Shown in pieces: positions 58,082-64,000 of a DNA stretch of 64,000 nt. The translations under genes and the position numbers were made by a program. Source of the stretch: an uncultured Eubacteriales bacterium (GTDB lineage Bacteria; Bacillota; Clostridia; Oscillospirales; Oscillospiraceae); NCBI GenBank assembly GCA_905205195.1, contig CAJLCS010000001.1, positions 3,523 to 67,522 of the forward strand. The letters are read 5' to 3'. Within the stretch, counting starts at the first letter, position 1. Each line of letters opens with the position of its first letter. The notes below the pieces were generated by a model. It did no database searches and was not told where the DNA came from. It saw only the letters and a list, made by a program, of their open reading frames with translations.

Positions 58082-59170
58082 ATGACGATTACGCAGTTGC
58101 TGTCCCGGATCCGTCCGCTGGACGAGGAGGCCATGGACCGTGCCCGCAAACGGCAGGCGGAGCTTGCCAAGCCCCCCGGCAGTCTGGGGCGGCTGGAGGA
58201 CCTTTCGGTCCGGCTGGCCGGTATCACCGGGCAGGTGTGCAGCCGCACCGACCGGAAGGAGCTGCTGGTTTTTGCGGCGGACAACGGCGTGGTGGCGGAG
58301 GGCGTGTCCAGCGCGCCCCAGTCCGTCACCGCCAGCCAGACGGTGAACCTGACCCGGGGAAAAACCGGCGCGGCGGTGCTGTGCCGCCGGTTCGGCGTGA
58401 AGCTGACGGTGTGCGACGTGGGCGTCAATGCCGATCTGCACTGCCCGGCGGTGCTGGACCGGAAAATTGTCTACGGCACCCGGAATCTGGCGGTGGAACC
58501 GGCCATGACCCGGGCGGAGACGGAAAAAGCCATCCTGACCGGCGCGGAACTGGCCATGGCCGCCGACGCCCAGGTGCTGGGCATCGGCGAAATGGGCATC
58601 GGCAATACCACTACCTCGTCGGCGGTGCTGGCATCGCTGCTGGGGGTGCCGGTGGAAACCGTCACCGGCCGGGGCGGCGGCGTGACCGACGAGAGCTTCC
58701 GGCGGAAAAAGGACGTGATCCGCGCCGCGCTGGCGCTGCACCGGCCGGACCCGGCCGATCCGGTGGACGTGCTGTCCAAGGTCGGCGGGCTGGATCTGGC
58801 CGCCATGTGCGGCGGCTTTCTCGGCAGCGCCGCGGCCCGAAGGCCGGTGGTGATTGACGGCTTTATCTCGGCGGTGGCGGCGCTGTGCGCCGTCCGGCTG
58901 TGTCCGGCGGCGGGGGGCTATCTGATTCCAAGCCATGCGTCCTTTGAAATCGGCTATCGCCTTGCCATGGAAGCGCTGGAGCTGGAACCCATGCTGCTGC
59001 TGGGAATGCGGCTGGGGGAGGGCAGCGGTTGCCCGCTGGCCATGATGGTGCTGGACGGGGCCTGTGCCGTGATGAACGACATGGCGGATTTTTCCCAGGC
59101 CGGCATCAACGACGACTATCTGGACGAGATCCGGCAGGGCGACCGGTTTACGGTGGAGGAAGCGACATGA
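58082..59170 (+). CDS. cobT: Nicotinate-nucleotide--dimethylbenzimidazole phosphoribosyltransferase
   Basis: LAKPPGSLGRLE, GEMGIGNTT, VIDGFI, MRLGEGSG. Confidence 0.96.
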   Translation: MTITQLLSRIRPLDEEAMDRARKRQAELAKPPGSLGRLEDLSVRLAGITGQVCSRTDRKELLVFAADNGVVAEGVSSAPQSVTASQTVNLTRGKTGAAVLCRRFGVKLTVCDVGVNADLHCPAVLDRKIVYGTRNLAVEPAMTRAETEKAILTGAELAMAADAQVLGIGEMGIGNTTTSSAVLASLLGVPVETVTGRGGGVTDESFRRKKDVIRAALALHRPDPADPVDVLSKVGGLDLAAMCGGFLGSAAARRPVVIDGFISAVAALCAVRLCPAAGGYLIPSHASFEIGYRLAMEALELEPMLLLGMRLGEGSGCPLAMMVLDGACAVMNDMADFSQAGINDDYLDEIRQGDRFTVEEAT

Positions 59171-59712
59171 CGATTCTGCTTTCCGGCGGCGCCAAGAACG
59201 GCAAGTCCGATCTGGCCCAGGAGCTGGCCCTGCGTCTGGCGGACGGCGGCGCCCATTACTATCTGGCCACCATGATCCCCTGCGACGGGGAGGACAACCG
59301 GAGGATTGCCCGGCACCGGGAAAACCGGGCGGGCATGGGCTTTGAGACGGTGGAGCGGGGCCGGGACCTCTGCGGCTGCCTGACGGCGGAAAACCGGAAG
59401 GGCGTGTTCCTTGTGGACAGCGTGACGGCACTGCTGCTCAACGAACTGTTCCCGGATCCCACCTCCGGCGAGCTGGACGAAAATGCGGCGGACCGCTGCA
59501 TCCGGGACCTGACGGCCTTTGCCGGGCAGGTCCGGGGAGTGGTGTTCGTCAGCGATGCCATCGGTGCGGACGCCGACGGCTACGACCCGGTGACGGAAAT
59601 CTACCGCCGGAGCCTGGCCCGGGTGGAGCGGGTGCTGGCGGCGGTCTGTGATACGGTGACGGAGCTGTCCGTGGGGATTCCCGTGATTTACAAAGGAGAG
59701 ATGCCGCGATGA
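59167..59712 (+). CDS. cobU: Adenosylcobinamide kinase / adenosylcobinamide-phosphate guanylyltransferase
   Basis: GGAKNGKS P-loop, YLAT, RIARHR (guanylylated His), LVDSVT. Confidence 0.88.
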   Translation: MTILLSGGAKNGKSDLAQELALRLADGGAHYYLATMIPCDGEDNRRIARHRENRAGMGFETVERGRDLCGCLTAENRKGVFLVDSVTALLLNELFPDPTSGELDENAADRCIRDLTAFAGQVRGVVFVSDAIGADADGYDPVTEIYRRSLARVERVLAAVCDTVTELSVGIPVIYKGEMPR

Positions 59713-60455
59713 AACGATATCTGCACGCGCTGGCCATGGCCCAGTCCATGTTCTGCGCCATTCCCAGCCCCTTCCGGGTCTGGGACGAGGAAGCCCGGCC
59801 GAAAATGCTGCTGTTTCTGCCGGGGATCGGGCTGGAAATCGGCCTGCTGTGGGCAGTTCTGGGGTGGCTGTGCGCCCTGATCCAGCTGCCCGCGCTGCTG
59901 GCGGGGGTGGCGCTGTGCGCGTTTCCCTATGTAGTGACGGGCTTTCTGCATCTGGACGGGTTTCTGGATGTGGTGGACGCGGTCCGGTCCTGGCGGAATC
60001 TGGACCGGCGGCGGGAAATTCTGAAGGATTCCCATGTGGGGTCCTTTGCGGTGGTGGGCTGCGTGTTGCTGCTGCTGACCGGCTTTGCAGCCTGCGCGAC
60101 GGGCATCGGCGATCTGCGGATTCTGGTGCTGATCCCGGCGGCCACCCGGTGCTGCGCCGCCATGGCGGTGATGGGCCTGAAGCCCATGCAGGTCAGCGAG
60201 TACGCCGTGCAGCATTTTGAGAAAAAACAGATTCTGATTCCGGCGGCGGTGCTGGCCGTCCTGGTGGCGGCGGGCTTTCTGGTCACCGGCCGGTACGGCT
60301 GGTGCCCGGTGGCGGCGGCGGCGGGCTACGGCCTGGCGCTGCGCCGGGGCTATCGGTCGCTGGAAGGCATGAACGGGGACATTTCCGGCTATGCGCTGAC
60401 CGTCGGCGAAGTGTGCGGCGTGGTGGTGGCAGCCTGTTTGGGAGGAATGACATGA
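59709..60455 (+). CDS. cobS: Adenosylcobinamide-GDP ribazoletransferase
   Basis: TGFLHLDGFLD..DA, ILKDSHVGSF, GMNGDISG. Confidence 0.93.
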   Translation: MKRYLHALAMAQSMFCAIPSPFRVWDEEARPKMLLFLPGIGLEIGLLWAVLGWLCALIQLPALLAGVALCAFPYVVTGFLHLDGFLDVVDAVRSWRNLDRRREILKDSHVGSFAVVGCVLLLLTGFAACATGIGDLRILVLIPAATRCCAAMAVMGLKPMQVSEYAVQHFEKKQILIPAAVLAVLVAAGFLVTGRYGWCPVAAAAGYGLALRRGYRSLEGMNGDISGYALTVGEVCGVVVAACLGGMT

Positions 60456-60826
60456 TTCTGATTTTTGGCGGCGCGTATCAGGGCAAGCTGACCTTTGCCC
60501 AAAAAACCTTCGGCCTGACGGCGGAGGACGTCTACACCTGCGGCGGCGGAGAGATTGACTTTTCCTTCCGGTGCATCCGGTCGCTGGAGCAGTTCACCTG
60601 GGCCTGCGTCCACGAAAACCGGGATCCCGTTGCCTATTTTCAGGCCCACCGGGACCTGTGGCAGCAGAGCATTCTGCTTTGCCGGGACCTGTCCTGCGGT
60701 GTGGTGCCCATGGGGGCGGACCGCCGGGCCTGGCGGCAGGAGACGGGACGGCTGCTGCAATATCTGGCTGGGGAGGCCGGGCAGGTCAGCCGGATTTTCT
60801 GCGGATTGGAGATGCGGTTGAAATGA
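60452..60826 (+). CDS. Short CobU-like protein (124 aa)
   Basis: MILIFGGAYQGK, CGVVPM...RAWR..GR, RIFCG resemble the CobU N- and C-termini; the RIxxH segment is absent. Confidence 0.72.
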   Translation: MILIFGGAYQGKLTFAQKTFGLTAEDVYTCGGGEIDFSFRCIRSLEQFTWACVHENRDPVAYFQAHRDLWQQSILLCRDLSCGVVPMGADRRAWRQETGRLLQYLAGEAGQVSRIFCGLEMRLK

Positions 60827-61413
60827 GCTGGATTTATCTGATCCGCCACGGCGTCACGGCGGCAAACGAACGGCATCTTTACTGCGGCAGCACCGATCTG
60901 CCCCTGTCCCCGGCGGGGCAGACGACGCTGGAGGGCGCCCGGATTCCGCTGCCCGGCCCCTGCCGCTTTGCGACCAGCGGAATGCGCCGTACGGCCCAGA
61001 CGTTGGCGCTGCTGTTCGGCGACGTGCCCTTCCGGGTGGATCCCCGGCTGCGGGAAATGGACTTCGGCGCCTTTGAGGGGAAAAGCTACGACCAGCTCCG
61101 GGACCGGCCGGATTATCAGGCCTGGATTTCCGGCGACAACGAGCAGAATCCCACCCCCGGCGGCGAAAGCGGCGCGGAAATGACGGCCCGGGTGCTGGCG
61201 GCGTTGGAAGATTACCGCAATTCCGGGGAAAACTGGGTGCTGGTGACCCACGGCGGCCCCATTGCGGCCATCATGGCGGCGCTTTTCCCGGAGGAGGGAA
61301 AAAACCGCTATCAGTGGCAGCCCGCCCCCGGCGGCGGCTACCGGTTGGAGGGCGATACCTATCAGGCGGTATCACCGGAGAAAGGAACGGACAATGAACG
61401 GATTAACCATTGA
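60823..61413 (+). CDS. cobC: Histidine phosphatase, probable alpha-ribazole/adenosylcobalamin-5'-phosphate phosphatase
   Basis: LIRHG, LREMDFGAFEG, PGGES, VTHGG; follows cobS. Confidence 0.75.
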   Translation: MSWIYLIRHGVTAANERHLYCGSTDLPLSPAGQTTLEGARIPLPGPCRFATSGMRRTAQTLALLFGDVPFRVDPRLREMDFGAFEGKSYDQLRDRPDYQAWISGDNEQNPTPGGESGAEMTARVLAALEDYRNSGENWVLVTHGGPIAAIMAALFPEEGKNRYQWQPAPGGGYRLEGDTYQAVSPEKGTDNERINH

Positions 61414-61849
61414 GAAAACACCGGCCCAGGCACCGGAAACCCAGGCGTGGCTGCTCCGCTTTTCGGCGGATTGGGCAGGGGAGAACAGCTGCTTCGGCTA
61501 TCGGGCCAACACGGAAGCGGATCTGGAAGGGGAAACGGCTTATCTGGCCCGGCTGGACGGCACGCCGGTGGGGTACCTGTTCGGCCACATGACCCGGCAG
61601 AGTCAGAACACGGTGGCTGTTCCGGGGGACGCGGCCTGCTTTGAGGTGGAGGAGCTGTATGTGACGCCAACCTGCCGCAGCAAGGGCATCGGCGGCGCGC
61701 TGATGCGCCGGCTGGAGGAAGATCTGCGGGGCGCGGCGGACTACCTGACGCTGTCCACCGCCACGAAGAACTGGCGCAGCATCTTCCACTTTTACATCGA
61801 GGAGCTGGACATGACCTTCTGGAACGCCCGGCTGTTCAAAAAGCTGTAA
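61394..61849 (+). CDS. GNAT family N-acetyltransferase
   Basis: EVEELYV...RSKGIGGAL acetyl-CoA motif. Confidence 0.85.
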   Translation: MNGLTIEKTPAQAPETQAWLLRFSADWAGENSCFGYRANTEADLEGETAYLARLDGTPVGYLFGHMTRQSQNTVAVPGDAACFEVEELYVTPTCRSKGIGGALMRRLEEDLRGAADYLTLSTATKNWRSIFHFYIEELDMTFWNARLFKKL

Positions 61850-61851
61850 AA

Positions 61852-61885
61852 AATCGGCCGTCTCCGCTTTGGGAGACGGCCGGTT
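61852..61885 (+). terminator. Terminator hairpin after the cob operon
   Basis: AATCGGCCGTCTCC / GGAGACGGCCGGTT. Confidence 0.6.
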
Positions 61886-62004
61886 CGGCATTTTGCCTGA
61901 ATTTCAGACGGTATTTTTGGTGATCTTTCCGGCTGCCCGACTCTTGCGGCGGCGGGGAAAACGTGATACCATAGGAGAAATTTCAGGAAAGGCGTGTGAC
62001 ATCC

Positions 62005-62787
62005 ATGCGTTATCAGCTTGACCATGATTTGCATCTGCATTCGCAGCTCTCCCTGTGCAGCGACGACCCGGCCCAGACGCCGGAGGCCCTGCTGCGCTAC
62101 GCCCAGAAAAACGGCCTGTCCACCATCTGCCTGACGGACCACTACTGGGACGCGGCGGTACCGGGGGCGGAACATTTCGAATTTTACCGGCGGCAGGATT
62201 TTGACCATGTGGCCCAGAGCAAGCCGCTGCCCCAGGCGGAGGGGGTCCGGTTCCTGTTCGGCTGCGAGACGGATCTGGACCAGTACGGCACGCTGGGCAT
62301 TCCCCCGGCGCGGTTTGACGATTTCGACTTCATCATCATTCCCACCACCCACCTGCACATGGGCGGCTTTACCCTCCGGGGCGACGAGACCACGGAGGAG
62401 CGGGCGGCGCTGTGGTGCAGCCGGTTGGATCGGGTGCTGGCCATGGATCTGCCCTTTGAGAAAATCGGTATTGCCCACCTGACCTGCACGATGCAGTCCA
62501 AGGAGCTGAATGCCATTCCGGACGAGGCCTACCGGGCGCGGTTTGACAAGGCGGCGGCGCTGGGCGTGGGCATTGAGCTGAATTTCGACGCGCTGTCCCA
62601 GACGCCGGAGCAGCTGGAGCAGGAGCTGCGGCCCTTCCGGATCGCCAAGGCGGCGGGCTGCCGGTTCTATTTCGGCAGCGACAGCCACCACCCGGCGAGT
62701 CTTCTCCATGCGATGGAAAACTTCCGGACCATTGCGGACGCCCTGGATCTGGACGAGTCGGAAAAATTCCGGATTGCTCAAAACTGA
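62005..62787 (+). CDS. PHP domain protein (putative phosphatase)
   Basis: DLHLHS, LTDH, GCE, IAH, IELN, GSDSHH. Confidence 0.85.
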   Translation: MRYQLDHDLHLHSQLSLCSDDPAQTPEALLRYAQKNGLSTICLTDHYWDAAVPGAEHFEFYRRQDFDHVAQSKPLPQAEGVRFLFGCETDLDQYGTLGIPPARFDDFDFIIIPTTHLHMGGFTLRGDETTEERAALWCSRLDRVLAMDLPFEKIGIAHLTCTMQSKELNAIPDEAYRARFDKAAALGVGIELNFDALSQTPEQLEQELRPFRIAKAAGCRFYFGSDSHHPASLLHAMENFRTIADALDLDESEKFRIAQN

Positions 62788-62824
62788 AAAAAGGCCGGTT
62801 GTGCGGATTGCACAGCCGGTTTTT
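62788..62824. terminator. Bidirectional terminator between the PHP and lysin genes
   Basis: A-tract, GGCCGGTTGTGC / GCACAGCCGGTT stem, T-tract. Confidence 0.8.
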
Positions 62825-62826
62825 CG

Positions 62827-63678
62827 TCAGTTCAGTAGTTTTGCCCAGGTTTTCGGGCCGCAGATGCCGTCGGCATCCAGACCGTTGTCCTGCTGGAACT
62901 TCCGGATGGCCTTGACGGTGGCGTCGCCGCAAATGCCATCGGTGCCGTACCAGCCGATGTCGTAGCCCCGGTCCTTCAGGGCGGCCTGAAGGGTCCGGAC
63001 GGCATTGCCGCTGGTGTACAGGCGAATCATGATCGTTTCTACCATAATGATTTCCCCCTCCCTCTGTGTCGGGGCGGGCTTTGCCCCACCCCAGTCGTCC
63101 CGGTAGCACCGGTTGCCGTCCACGTCGCCGTCGATGCCGTCTACCCGGCCCCGGCCGGTGTACTGCCACAGGTCATACCGCTTTTCGTACTCGCATTCGG
63201 TGTGGTACTGGGCCACCCAGCGGGGCTTGGCGTCGTACCAGACATCGGTGAGCAGCGTTTCCCACCAGTGCAGGTTGGCGTAGAAACCCACCGAATAGCT
63301 CGCCGCCTCCACCTTGGCGGCGAACCGTTTGGCCCCTTCCAGAATCCGGGCCGGGCCGAGGGCGGCCACCCGCTCCTCCTCCAGGTCCCAGAAAACGGGC
63401 AGCGCCGGATGCAGCCCCTCCAGCAGCCGCAGGACGTGGGCGGCCTCCAAATCGACTTTTTCCGCCGTGTCGGCGTAGCTGTAGAGGTACACGCCGAAGG
63501 GAATCCCCAGCCGGGCGCATTCGGCGGCGTTCCGCCGGAAGCAGGCGTCGTCCTGATCGGCCCGGTCCATGCCGTAGCCGCATTTCAGAATGGCGTACCG
63601 GACCCCGGCGGCCCGGACCTTTTCCCAGTTGACGGTGCCCTGGTAGTCGGACACGTCGATGCCGAACCTTCCTTCCAT
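62827..63678 (-). CDS. GH25 muramidase (endolysin) with a C-terminal peptidoglycan-binding domain
   Basis: GIDVSDYQG, GVYLYSY, WDLEE, WQYT, VDGN; DGICGDATVKAIRKFQ..DGICGPKT PG-binding motif. Confidence 0.92.
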   Translation of the reverse strand: MEGRFGIDVSDYQGTVNWEKVRAAGVRYAILKCGYGMDRADQDDACFRRNAAECARLGIPFGVYLYSYADTAEKVDLEAAHVLRLLEGLHPALPVFWDLEEERVAALGPARILEGAKRFAAKVEAASYSVGFYANLHWWETLLTDVWYDAKPRWVAQYHTECEYEKRYDLWQYTGRGRVDGIDGDVDGNRCYRDDWGGAKPAPTQREGEIIMVETIMIRLYTSGNAVRTLQAALKDRGYDIGWYGTDGICGDATVKAIRKFQQDNGLDADGICGPKTWAKLLN

Positions 63679-63682
63679 GGGC

Positions 63683-63949
63683 TTATTCCTCCTTTTTCAG
63701 CTGCTTGCCGATCTGGTTCGCGCCGGTGGCCGCCAGACCGGACGCCGCACCGACTGCCGCAGCGGTAATGGGGTCCCGGGCCGGGAAGTCCGGCATTCCC
63801 AGATACAGCGCCGCAACGCCGATGACCAGCCCTGTGACGCCGCAGAAAATGGGAATCCACTTGTTGCCAAGTGGGGAGGCCCGCACGATGGCCCCCACCA
63901 GATAGGCCACGACCATAATCGCGGCCACGTTTGCAATGCCAAAATCCAT
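63683..63949 (-). CDS. Phage holin family protein
   Basis: 88 aa, three hydrophobic segments, NKWIP, GAASGLAATGANQI.KQ; immediately upstream of the lysin. Confidence 0.85.
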   Translation of the reverse strand: MDFGIANVAAIMVVAYLVGAIVRASPLGNKWIPIFCGVTGLVIGVAALYLGMPDFPARDPITAAAVGAASGLAATGANQIGKQLKKEE

Positions 63950-64000
63950 GTTTTTTCCTCCTGATTTGATGAATTTCCCCTCAGAACCAGTGTATGCACC

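Overview
High-GC chromosomal window, inferred from gene content to come from a gut Clostridia member (Oscillospiraceae-like). Left to right: (1) pyrK-pyrD-pyrF-pyrE-pyrB-pyrI operon; (2) DnaD-like, DnaC-like, HAD and yfbR operon; (3) a GH29-like hydrolase and a collapsed sugar-ABC operon remnant; (4) GDPD, SDR, cupin, ftsH, and rlmB coupled to a catalytically degenerate P-type-ATPase-like protein; (5) an EF-G paralogue, an ABC exporter, GH5/AraC and an unclassified putative glycoside hydrolase; (6) tRNA-Gln(CTG); (7) a ~21 kb N-glycan utilisation locus (wall-anchored GH85, sensor kinase, response regulator, sensor SBP, ABC importer, GH38, GH3, GH2, YesL-like) with a shared operator visible at two promoters; (8) MATE, an M1-like peptidase and a TrmH methylase; (9) a cobamide uptake/salvage operon (DUF4430 protein, ECF transporter with two T subunits, CbiR-like TIM barrel, cobT, cobU, cobS, mini-CobU, cobC-like); (10) a holin plus GH25 endolysin cassette at the right edge. 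No CRISPR array, rRNA, IS or integrase was seen. All calls come from motif recognition by eye; no database search was run. Best leads: the cobamide scavenging/remodelling operon, the pseudo-P-type ATPase, the split Ig domain in the GH85, the shared operator, and the internal start in the endolysin.
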